Shown: piece by piece, positions 45,980 through 54,989 of the stretch | Numbering within the stretch: position 1 is the first letter of the stretch | How the letters are laid out: every line of letters starts with the position of its first letter | NCBI GenBank assembly: GCA_000146045.2 | Contig: BK006949.2 | Span: forward strand, 192,001-256,000 | Length of the DNA: 64,000 bases | Reading direction: 5' to 3' | Source: TPA_inf: Saccharomyces | Lineage: Eukaryota | Program-made: the position numbers and the translations under genes | The notes under the pieces: generated by a model | What the model was told of the DNA's origin: nothing | The model's input: the letters and a program-made list of their open reading frames with translations, nothing else | Database searches by the model: none

Positions 45980-47077
45980 TTTACATCTTTCACAAGCACA
46001 ATCAAAAAACCAACTGTCGGCCAAAAAGGCCCGGCGTTTTACTGTTGGTAAGTCCAGTACCCCGGAATAATCGATACAGATCTGCTCATCCTTTTTTATA
46101 TCTCTATTCATAGTGAATAGCATTGAATTACCTTTACGATATTTCGTTATATTGGGGTTACAAGAGTGGTTGAAATAGGAGGCTTCTGGAAATACCCAGT
46201 ATCCAAAATATTCTCTGCTGTCTGAGGCTTCGCCCTCTTGCCATAAACCAAAAGCATTCCCATATTCAGTACCTAATATATGTCTCAATAGCGGTATGGA
46301 GAGCATTCTATGCAAATGTGAAGGTAATAGAATATAGAGTGTTTGAAATACTAATTTTTGAAAGTGCAGTAAGACAGGAAATTTAGATATTTTGCTAAGC
46401 TCATTCGATTGTAACATATTGAAAGCTCGGTATGTTATGCACTGAGGATCCATATATTTAAGATTAAACAAACTCTCGCACACAAACCTAATGCAGCAAT
46501 ATTCATCTTCGCAAGTGGGTGGTAATTGATTTATTCTCTTCGCAGATTTCATGTTGTTGATGCGCGGTATCCATTTACTTTCAATCTCATCCCATGAAGA
46601 CTGTATGACATTTTCCGAAATTAAGATAGAGTTTAATTTTTCCTCCTGTTCAGAGGTATAATTATATCTTTTCAGCATGCTTGGAAAATGATGCAGTAAT
46701 ATCTCATAACATTCAATTAATTCAATGATATTTGGTATTTGAAGATAAGAAGTTCTGCAATGTTCTGAACAGAACCACAGTCCAGCGCCCAGAAACTTCT
46801 TAGGGTTAATTTGGTAGTGTGCATTACAAACCAAATCTCTCAGGTAATCGTAGTTTAGTTTGTACTTCATAGTTTTCGCATTAGCGTATGCGAAACAATT
46901 GTGACAAACTTCCTTCCTGAACTCATAGGAAATAGATGTTCCTGTAAAATTACTGACTTGCAAGACTGTTGTCCCTTTAGGAATATTACCATTACTGAAA
47001 CAAGCCCTACCGCCCCATTTAGTTTGCCTAACCTGGAAAAATGGGGAAATTTCATGTACGTCTCCATCAATAGTCAT
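45956..47077 (-). CDS. SET6: SET-domain protein SET6 (YPL165C).
   Basis: The 373-aa ORF has the SET-domain motifs NHSCNPN and a post-SET Cys cluster (CxCxxC). Its 3' end overlaps the ATG29 3' end by 24 bp on the opposite strand. Confidence 0.85.
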   Translation of the reverse strand: MTIDGDVHEISPFFQVRQTKWGGRACFSNGNIPKGTTVLQVSNFTGTSISYEFRKEVCHNCFAYANAKTMKYKLNYDYLRDLVCNAHYQINPKKFLGAGLWFCSEHCRTSYLQIPNIIELIECYEILLHHFPSMLKRYNYTSEQEEKLNSILISENVIQSSWDEIESKWIPRINNMKSAKRINQLPPTCEDEYCCIRFVCESLFNLKYMDPQCITYRAFNMLQSNELSKISKFPVLLHFQKLVFQTLYILLPSHLHRMLSIPLLRHILGTEYGNAFGLWQEGEASDSREYFGYWVFPEASYFNHSCNPNITKYRKGNSMLFTMNRDIKKDEQICIDYSGVLDLPTVKRRAFLADSWFFDCACERCKSELQSVH

Positions 47078-47118
47078 TTTTAAATTTTAGGTTATTTTGT
47101 GTTTGCATATATAAATGG

Positions 47119-47139
47119 TATATATATATATATATATAT
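47119..47139. repeat. (TA)n microsatellite between SET6 and MLH3.
   Basis: tatatatatatatatatatat is read directly. Confidence 0.85.
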
Positions 47140-47349
47140 TCATATAAATCTAGGGCTACATTTATAATATCAGAGATACATAAAACGGTAATGCAACAGT
47201 GGAGCAGTATTGTATCGCACGTTTCTTTTTTGTTTTTGTTTTTTAAATTTTTCCAGGTTTTGACAACGTGATGAGGTAATCTTCTGTTTTGCATATCCGC
47301 GCAATTTAAAATGCAGGCGACAAACCTTGTTCCAGGATTAAGGTTCTCT

Positions 47350-49497
47350 TTACTTCAATTCTGCAATGGGTACCATAGAAGGTCTCCCGTGGGCGCATTC
47401 GAATGGGTTATGGCATCGCGAGAGCTTGCTAATTAAAATTATGCACTCTTGCCGGGTTAATTCATCTCCAAACATAACAGCAGATCTGCATGCCTTGCTG
47501 TTAAGAATTTCATGAAAGACCGTTGGAACGCAGCTTGAGTACTTCCACCAATATAATTTATCAACCGAAGTGTAGTTTTCGAAATGGGATAAATCCATTG
47601 GAAGTTTTTTGAAATCCTTCAGGTCATGAGCATGTTGCAGCAAGACCATTTTTAAGTAGTCTTTATCCCCGTTATATTTGGAAGTTAACATCTCAGGCAG
47701 TGTTTTAATTTCCAAAAGTGAGGTTTCCATTGTTCCCTCAATTGTTTCATAGCCAATTCCCCACTTTTTAAATTCACTTTGATAATGCTTAAATAAGTCA
47801 GCCTCAGTACGATCAACTTCAATGCAACAATCCTTGAGGTCTCGTGCAACAAAAGTTCCGGTTACAACTTCTGTCAACAGGCTATAAAATAGCTCTTCTA
47901 GTCTTATCCTCTCATCGCAAGCATGTTGATCAACTAGAACTAATAGTGGGCAATTATGAATAGATTGGTCTAAACAACGTATGAGAATAAATTTTTTATC
48001 TACTTGATTAATCACTTCATATTTTGCCAGGACAGATCTTGATATTGAAAAATCTGTTATGGTTTTTCCTATACTGTCATAATCTTCTGTAAAACCACTA
48101 TCGTAGGGCCTGGAAGAGAGTTTATTCCGTAACCTTGATTTCTGACCGTCGATTCTTATATTCTTGATTTTTTCGTAGTTTATTGTACTATTGTTTATTC
48201 TACATCCATTGACAGCGGGTTTTCCTATGTATGAATTAATGCGTGCAATCTTCATTTTTGAATTTAATACTTGATTACGTTTACTGATTTGGATTCGACT
48301 ATCAGGCAATGTTGCCGTCTTCTGTGAACAATTGACTATTTCGAAAGATGAATCTGATTTATCAGGCGTTAAGTATCCTTGAAATGTCAGAAAGGAGCGA
48401 ATGGTCTTAACGATCAATGGTTCAATGGTACGTATATGGGAAGGCTTAACAATTTTCTTTGCTGGATCTTGTAACAGGTCATCGATAGTTTGGGGGCACC
48501 GAACATCAAGGATGAAGACGGGATGTGATCGATACGGTTTTCCCACGCTTTTAGTTTTGAGTAAACTCATGCCTTTCTCCCCGAAATCTTGTGCTTGGAA
48601 TAAAGAATCGACGTATCCTTGAAAGGCGCTGTCCGCATAACGTCTGCCATTGATATATATAAATTGAAGATCCTTCAATCCAACGGGCATCTTCGATATG
48701 ATCCCTTCAATCTGATATTCATTAAACTTCAAGGAAACTTTCTTAAGCATATCCGGTGGTATTATTGCCCCAAACACATTTCTCAGTACTTGAGACATTT
48801 GCTGGTGCTTTGTTAACCCCTCAGTTATGTTCTTTGAGCGGAAAAGAACTTCTGTATTGATTCTGAGTTTGTCTGTATATTGTACGTTGAGTGAAATCAT
48901 CGGGTGCATTACCAGTATCTGTAGCATATCTGCCTTTATTGTGTTAAAAGTCTTGAAAGGGGGTTCTTCCTTTAGTATTCTGCGCCGGACAGGTAAATTA
49001 TACAGCATATCTTCAACAATAACAACAGTACCAGACTTTGTTCGGCTCCAAGGACAAATTTTCCAAAAAGGATCTATTGGGAGTATGGTATTCTCACTCA
49101 ACATGACGCTTTTGGATGGAAATTTTCTCATCCATGCAGAGTTGTAATCCTTTTTCTTGGAACAAACAAACAGATTAGAGACATTAGAAATGCTATATAG
49201 GGCGTCTCCTCTGTAACCGTAGGTTTTCATCGTTACTAAATCATTCATCTTTCGTATTTTGGAAGTATAATTTTGTGTGGCCAATATATTTAGGTCACTT
49301 CGAGTCAAACCAATACCATCATCGTAAACTGCAAAGCTCAAATTAGGGAGGTCGATCATGACGTCGATAGTGGTAGCGTGTGCATCTACAGAATTTTGAA
49401 CTATTTCTCTAACCGCTGATGCTAGCGATACCGTGCATGCCTGAGATTTAAGTCTTTCAGAAACATCAGAATCTAATTTCCTAATATGCTGGCTCAT
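47350..49497 (-). CDS. MLH3: MutL homolog MLH3 (YPL164C), mismatch repair and meiotic crossover.
   Basis: The 715-aa ORF has the GHKL ATPase N-terminus (EIVQNSVDA, DDGIG motif) and a MutL C-terminal domain carrying an endonuclease-type motif region. Confidence 0.88.
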   Translation of the reverse strand: MSQHIRKLDSDVSERLKSQACTVSLASAVREIVQNSVDAHATTIDVMIDLPNLSFAVYDDGIGLTRSDLNILATQNYTSKIRKMNDLVTMKTYGYRGDALYSISNVSNLFVCSKKKDYNSAWMRKFPSKSVMLSENTILPIDPFWKICPWSRTKSGTVVIVEDMLYNLPVRRRILKEEPPFKTFNTIKADMLQILVMHPMISLNVQYTDKLRINTEVLFRSKNITEGLTKHQQMSQVLRNVFGAIIPPDMLKKVSLKFNEYQIEGIISKMPVGLKDLQFIYINGRRYADSAFQGYVDSLFQAQDFGEKGMSLLKTKSVGKPYRSHPVFILDVRCPQTIDDLLQDPAKKIVKPSHIRTIEPLIVKTIRSFLTFQGYLTPDKSDSSFEIVNCSQKTATLPDSRIQISKRNQVLNSKMKIARINSYIGKPAVNGCRINNSTINYEKIKNIRIDGQKSRLRNKLSSRPYDSGFTEDYDSIGKTITDFSISRSVLAKYEVINQVDKKFILIRCLDQSIHNCPLLVLVDQHACDERIRLEELFYSLLTEVVTGTFVARDLKDCCIEVDRTEADLFKHYQSEFKKWGIGYETIEGTMETSLLEIKTLPEMLTSKYNGDKDYLKMVLLQHAHDLKDFKKLPMDLSHFENYTSVDKLYWWKYSSCVPTVFHEILNSKACRSAVMFGDELTRQECIILISKLSRCHNPFECAHGRPSMVPIAELK

Positions 49498-49917
49498 TTT
49501 CTTTTTGAGTTGACGAGTTCACGTTCATTCTTCCTTGAAAGCCTCGCTGGTTTATGTATCGGTGGTTGAAATCATCATTCGATGTTTATTGCAAACTATT
49601 GATCTTTTTTTCCTGCCCCTTCTCGTGGCGCTCGCAAATAAACGCAAACTAAATATAAGCGTACAAACAGACAGATTTTGTGCTACTTATTGATTATTTA
49701 GAAAAGCTACTATTGTTCTTGAAAGTCATAATAGAACTACTTATATATGTATCAATGGGGTTGAATTTGCGCTTTATGTATTTTTTAAGGAATGATATGA
49801 AAGTTGTCTCTAGTCTATTTATTGAATCGTAAATCAAAAAATACTAGTGATCCCATATAGGATAACTAGTAAAGGTTTCGTTAAAAGTAGCTTTTTTTCT
49901 CGATTCAACGTCACGCA

Positions 49918-50700
49918 TTAAATGTGGGTACCGTTGTTAGCAGAACCTGTAACATTACTAGCATCGGCAGTTATAGTAACGTATTTAACAACAGGCTCCG
50001 CCGTAGTAGTAACCACTTCGGTAACTGCAGCAGCTGTAACTGTAACATACTTGGTAGACGCACTACAGTACTGTTCATCGGCGGATGTGGTTTGAATCAT
50101 CTGAGATTGATGTTCAGCAGAGACTAACTTTTCTAAGGCATCAACATTGGAGGCGGCGTCCCCAGCTGTGGATGTCGCTATTGTATTACTAGCTTGGGAA
50201 TTATATACAGTAACCAATAAGGTTGAGGTCAAAGTAGAGGTGTATGTACTGCCCGATTCGGTTACTGTAGAAGCAATTTCTGTGACGCTCGTGGAAATCT
50301 GTTCAGCCTTCTCGTTGGCGGATTCCGTAGATAGAGTTATTATGTAAGTAGAGGTCAGAGTAGACGTGTAGGTGGTGTCTGTGTCAGAATAGGTGGTGGT
50401 GTATTCATTTGTGGACGTAGTTAGGCTAGGCGTGCTTGCAGTAGGTGTACTTGCAGTAGGTGTACTAATAATAGCAGCTGATTGGGAGGTAGTGAACCAG
50501 TAGGTAGAGTAAAAAGTAGATGTTATGTAGAAGGTGGTTGTTTCATCGCTGTACGTTAATGTTGTCTCTTGAGGTGAAACAGAGTATGTTGGAGTTAATG
50601 TCTTCGTGTATGGTGTATAGCTCGTAGTTTCATTGACATATAAGGCAGAAGCGAAGTTGGAGGTTACCAGTAGTAAACTACACAATATTTTGAAAATCAT
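49918..50700 (-). CDS. SVS1: Secreted Ser/Thr-rich cell-wall protein SVS1 (YPL163C).
   Basis: The 260-aa ORF has the signal peptide MIFKILCSLLLVTSNFASA. It has S/T-rich internal repeats (TPTASTPTAST, TYTSTLTSTY/TYTSTLTSTLL). It is paralog-like to SRL1. Confidence 0.8.
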   Translation of the reverse strand: MIFKILCSLLLVTSNFASALYVNETTSYTPYTKTLTPTYSVSPQETTLTYSDETTTFYITSTFYSTYWFTTSQSAAIISTPTASTPTASTPSLTTSTNEYTTTYSDTDTTYTSTLTSTYIITLSTESANEKAEQISTSVTEIASTVTESGSTYTSTLTSTLLVTVYNSQASNTIATSTAGDAASNVDALEKLVSAEHQSQMIQTTSADEQYCSASTKYVTVTAAAVTEVVTTTAEPVVKYVTITADASNVTGSANNGTHI

Positions 50701-50904
50701 TGCGATATATATTCTAATTTGTTGGTTGTGTTAGACAACTAGTGTACAAGAAAGAGACTAGATGGCCATAACGGATCTTGATAATTCATTTTCTTACGTC
50801 TTTTAAATACACTCCCTCTCCATCACATACAGATTGATTTAATGTCTACCTCTTCTAAGCCATCTGAAATTCTTGGGTCTTTCTCTGTTTACGGTTATTT
50901 GAAA

Positions 50905-50911
50905 CACGAAA
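50905..50911. promoter_or_regulatory. SCB (Swi4/6 cell-cycle box) CACGAAA in the SVS1 promoter.
   Basis: It is an exact CACGAAA match about 205 bp upstream of the SVS1 ATG. SVS1 is a G1/S-regulated gene. Confidence 0.5.
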
Positions 50912-50922
50912 TTACTTAAGAA

Positions 50923-50929
50923 CACGAAA
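50923..50929. promoter_or_regulatory. Second SCB, CACGAAA, 18 bp from the first. A CGCG-core (MCB-like) TCGCGA sits at 50945-50950.
   Basis: An exact CACGAAA match with the nearby CGCGA is read directly. Confidence 0.5.
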
Positions 50930-51205
50930 TGCCAATTATTAGCGTCGCGAATTGAATATCCAATGCGGCGGGAAAATCAAAAAACGAAAATAGAATAGGA
51001 AAAACTGCCGTAGTTATAGAATCAAACCTGAGCGCCAGTTTCATTCTTCTAGCGGAGAATGCTTTCCCAAACAATAACCCACAGATTATGTGTTGAAGAG
51101 TCTAGGCTTGTGGAAATTGAAATCAAAATGTTTGTTCCCTTTAAAAAAAATCAATTAAGCAAGGAAAGGAAATAAACAGTGCATGCTTTCCTTATCCTTG
51201 GAATA

Positions 51206-52027
51206 CTATATTATGCTACCATAGCTGGAAATGTTGTTATCCTTGTTAGGCACTTCATTTGAGACTTCCGATAAATCAGGAATTTCGTCATTTAGGAATG
51301 TGTTCGTTTCAAAATTCTCTGCATTGGTTATCGTTAGGCTCTCAGAATGTAACCTGATGACATTGTCGACACAAAAGTACTGGAAGCAATTCAGTAAGAT
51401 AGGAAAGACAAACATGACCAGAAAAACTTGAAAGTTTGGCCATGAATCTGACCAGCCAAGGATAAGATCGGCGAACCAGTATGCCAAGTCTTCTAAGTAG
51501 TTTAGTATTAGAAACACGCAGAACTTCATCACGCCCAGCCCAACAATGAATATAAGCAGCTGTTTCACGAAGGCAGAGAATAAGGGTTTTCTGGGGTGGC
51601 TCCCAACGGTTTTAGATGGAAAATAATTACCACTTTCAATGTTTTGGAAGTGTAAGGATTTTAGCACTTTTTCAATTATGTATAAGCACAACCAAAGAAT
51701 GGGAATCCCAACAGTAGTATCCAGGAGTAAGTTAAGAAAATACCAATCGCATTGATCCTCATCATCATTGCCTTTTGCAGTGATTGCGAAGAGTGACCTT
51801 CGTCTTTTCTTCAGTATGCTGATGCCTAGATTCAAAAAATGGATTCCAAGAGAGCCGATGATTTGTTTTCCAATGTCATAACTCCACACAATCATTTTTC
51901 TCCTTGGATGCTCATAGTTTCTTTTCACCAATAACACAATCACGGCTGTCATACCCATCAATGTCTGGACAAAAAGAGACACGGGCCCCAACAACTGGCA
52001 AGTGTCTTTCCCATTAGAAACATACAT
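51206..52027 (-). CDS. Uncharacterised polytopic membrane protein (YPL162C).
   Basis: The 273-aa ORF has 6-7 predicted hydrophobic helices (for example GPVSLFVQTLMGMTAVIVLLV, IPILWLCLYIIEKV, LLIFIVGLGVMKFCVFLIL, FQVFLVMFVFPILLNCF). I recognise no catalytic motif. Confidence 0.7.
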   Translation of the reverse strand: MYVSNGKDTCQLLGPVSLFVQTLMGMTAVIVLLVKRNYEHPRRKMIVWSYDIGKQIIGSLGIHFLNLGISILKKRRRSLFAITAKGNDDEDQCDWYFLNLLLDTTVGIPILWLCLYIIEKVLKSLHFQNIESGNYFPSKTVGSHPRKPLFSAFVKQLLIFIVGLGVMKFCVFLILNYLEDLAYWFADLILGWSDSWPNFQVFLVMFVFPILLNCFQYFCVDNVIRLHSESLTITNAENFETNTFLNDEIPDLSEVSNEVPNKDNNISSYGSII

Positions 52028-52248
52028 ATTCTTTTCGATTAATTGGCAGTTCTGCTGAACTTGTGTGACTGTTGGGCCTCCTGCTAATATGTATTAGAAC
52101 TTTTTCTGCTTAGTACATTCAAGTACTTTTGTGCAGATGTTCGCATCTGCAATAAACTTTTAATCTCCCTTCCACTCTCATCGTCTACAAACCCATACAC
52201 CATTTGTCAAGCACATGCTTAATCCAACAATATTCAAGATTTAATATT

Positions 52249-52271
52249 TATATATATATATATATATATAC
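52249..52271. repeat. (TA)n microsatellite between YPL162C and BEM4.
   Basis: tatatatatatatatatatatat is read directly. Confidence 0.85.
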
Positions 52272-52318
52272 ATGCAGAGGGAACGTTTTCTCCCCTCGTA
52301 GGTAAGGCGATTACGTGT

Positions 52319-54220
52319 CTAAAAGAACGATTTTGCAAGCGCTTCTAAATTTTGTTCCTCTGGCGTTAAGCATTTCGTATTTTTCACAATGTTTAGTATT
52401 ATGCCCGCTATAAATTTCCCATTGTTGAAACAACTCTCGCTACCCTTATCTTTATTTTCTTTAAATGAAAGTATGGTCTCTAATATCAGGGTTAACTTTT
52501 GAATGTAATCCTTGAATAGTATATTTTCAATCGGATTCACGTCAGCTGTTACACTTGAATCTTTTAAATAAATTCCAACCGTTTTTGTGATATGAAATAA
52601 ATCTGAGATGCTTAGTTGTTCTGCTTGACCTAAATTTTGGAATTTGAAGATCGAATCCCATAGGGATGTAATAGCTTCTTTAGGAAGGGCTTTCTTGGAC
52701 ACAAGCAGCTTATCCATCGCAATACAGGACGTTAACGTTCCATGCTCTGCTATAAAAGAGATAATTGTTGGATCACTGCTTATTGAATTGTGTATTTTTG
52801 AACTTGGAAGCACCGTTAAAGTTTTGTTTAATAAATTTGTTAATAACGATCTCAGGTTGTTATAATATTTAGTTTGCTCGTGACATCTTCTCATAATCTG
52901 AAATAGGGTGAAGAGGTCCTTGATATCTAGCCACATGGTATTTTCCAGATTTAACAGCTTCCTCAGTAAATCTAGGAATCCTTGATATTGTAGTGGGTCT
53001 TGTAGCAAGCTACCAACTTGAATCAATTCACTAAGAGATATGAGCTTCAGTAGCGCGACAGCGTCACTTTTGGATGCAACTGAGTTACATAATATCATCA
53101 AAGCTGCGGCTAGGGCATAACTACTTGCGGAACTCTTAATAGTTTCGATACATAATGATTGCTCTCGTTTGTTAGAGTTTGTTAGGTTGGCGGAGATGTT
53201 GCCTGCGCACGATATGAGTCTTCTCATTACAATTAGCTTATTATTGAAGGTTTTTGATTCTAAGCAAACTAAGGACAATATTAAATTTTTTTGCATGCTT
53301 AGCACAAGCTGCTCCTCATTGGTAAAGTTTATAGTTTCATCCTTGGCTACAATAGTTTCAAGACATGTTGACAGATTTAATAGCAATTCACAATTAACGT
53401 CCTCCTCATCATCTTCTTCCTCTTTTTCGATGTACTCTTGATTTCCTTGGCCAGCGAACTTCTGAGTTTCAGTATTTGAATATGCTTCGACTGCTCCATC
53501 TTCCATTGCCTGCAATTCTTTATTTTGCACATTTGAAGAGATTTTTTTGATGTACTGGCTTAAGAAAAAGAGATCGCTTATTTGAACATTTGAGTAATTG
53601 ACTTTTAAAATATCGTTCAATAAATCTGAACCTAAAACAACTTTTTCGGGAGATGACAAATAGCTATATTGTGTGGTTTTCAACAAAACAAATAATGGAC
53701 CTCTAATGAAGGGAGCCAAATTTTCTGTATACTTGAGATTTCCAATGCAAAAATTCCTTAGTAGCACAACTGACCGCATCTGTAATTTATCCACTAAGCT
53801 ATCCTCACTCTTGTCAGAAGAAATTTCGTCCAGCTGAAGAACCCCGCCTATATAATAATTAAGAAGCTTTTTACCTCCAGAATCCAAGAGAATTTCCCGA
53901 TTATCATCATTATCAATTATTGCGTTAGCGATACATCTAATCACTTCAGAACTGATCTCATAAAACGCTATTTTATCATTAATTGAAATGCTCGTATCAT
54001 GAAAGCAGATATCAAGCGCTTGTTCTAATACTCTTACTAGGTTCAGTAGCAGCCCAGTTTTACCAACAATATCTCTATTACTTGGTTCTCTCAACGAAAC
54101 AGCCAATTGGTCCATTACCGCTAGGTAGCTTCCTAAGTAGACATCGTTCATCGGAACATCCTTTATTGAAGACGCATTGAGGATCGGTTGCAGACCAAAT
54201 AAAATTTCTTCGTAATCCAT
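52319..54220 (-). CDS. BEM4: Rho-GTPase-interacting, bud-emergence protein BEM4 (YPL161C).
   Basis: The 633-aa ORF is Leu-rich and helical, consistent with an ARM/HEAT-like fold. The call rests on position between YPL162C and CDC60 and on recalled length. Confidence 0.8.
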   Translation of the reverse strand: MDYEEILFGLQPILNASSIKDVPMNDVYLGSYLAVMDQLAVSLREPSNRDIVGKTGLLLNLVRVLEQALDICFHDTSISINDKIAFYEISSEVIRCIANAIIDNDDNREILLDSGGKKLLNYYIGGVLQLDEISSDKSEDSLVDKLQMRSVVLLRNFCIGNLKYTENLAPFIRGPLFVLLKTTQYSYLSSPEKVVLGSDLLNDILKVNYSNVQISDLFFLSQYIKKISSNVQNKELQAMEDGAVEAYSNTETQKFAGQGNQEYIEKEEEDDEEDVNCELLLNLSTCLETIVAKDETINFTNEEQLVLSMQKNLILSLVCLESKTFNNKLIVMRRLISCAGNISANLTNSNKREQSLCIETIKSSASSYALAAALMILCNSVASKSDAVALLKLISLSELIQVGSLLQDPLQYQGFLDLLRKLLNLENTMWLDIKDLFTLFQIMRRCHEQTKYYNNLRSLLTNLLNKTLTVLPSSKIHNSISSDPTIISFIAEHGTLTSCIAMDKLLVSKKALPKEAITSLWDSIFKFQNLGQAEQLSISDLFHITKTVGIYLKDSSVTADVNPIENILFKDYIQKLTLILETILSFKENKDKGSESCFNNGKFIAGIILNIVKNTKCLTPEEQNLEALAKSFF

Positions 54221-54989
54221 TTAGTAGGACAGTTATTTTCACTTGAAACCACAATCTTTTGGGGCTGAAATATAGATGAGGTGATTTGTTATTCGCGGTT
54301 AGTTTTAGTTCGCGAGTGACCTGCTTACGTTGTCTTCAGCCATTTTACGTTGCTTGGCTTGCCGCCGGCGGGTAATATGATCTTATTTTGACATGGTTAA
54401 AGAAAAATACTTTTGACTAAGTACCTTTATCACAAGAAAGTTTAGGAAGGGATTCACTATTTGAAGATCAGACAAATGAGTATACGATATTGGCTCAATA
54501 TTTTAGCCGAGTTTGCTTAAACTTAGTGGCAGAACTTTAGTCATGGGAAGACAAGAACGATCTTACGAGGCCCTTAGGACCTCGGCGGCTAACAGTAAAA
54601 CTGGTAACTGACGGACAAGGAATATCAAGGTCATATTTTGAAAAGGTCTTTTTGGGTGACTACTTGGGTAAGAAATAATTAGACGAAGTTTCTTTCTGAT
54701 GTGTATTGAACTAGTGCTCGTGCTTACATACACATCGCCCATTATTGCCTATAGTTATCCTCACTTTATACGAGGTCTGGCCGTTAACGGTTCTTTTACA
54801 TTGAAAAACTAAATCAGTCACCCACGCAAATAATGAAAAAAAAAAAAAAATCAAAAGCGAAAAGAAACCTAACGCATATTCTATTCAAACGTTGAATGAT
54901 TGTATTATTATAAATCATAATCACGTAAAGCCACCGAAATTTTTTTCCAGAGTGAAGAATATAAAAAAAATATCTTTAACCAGTCTATA

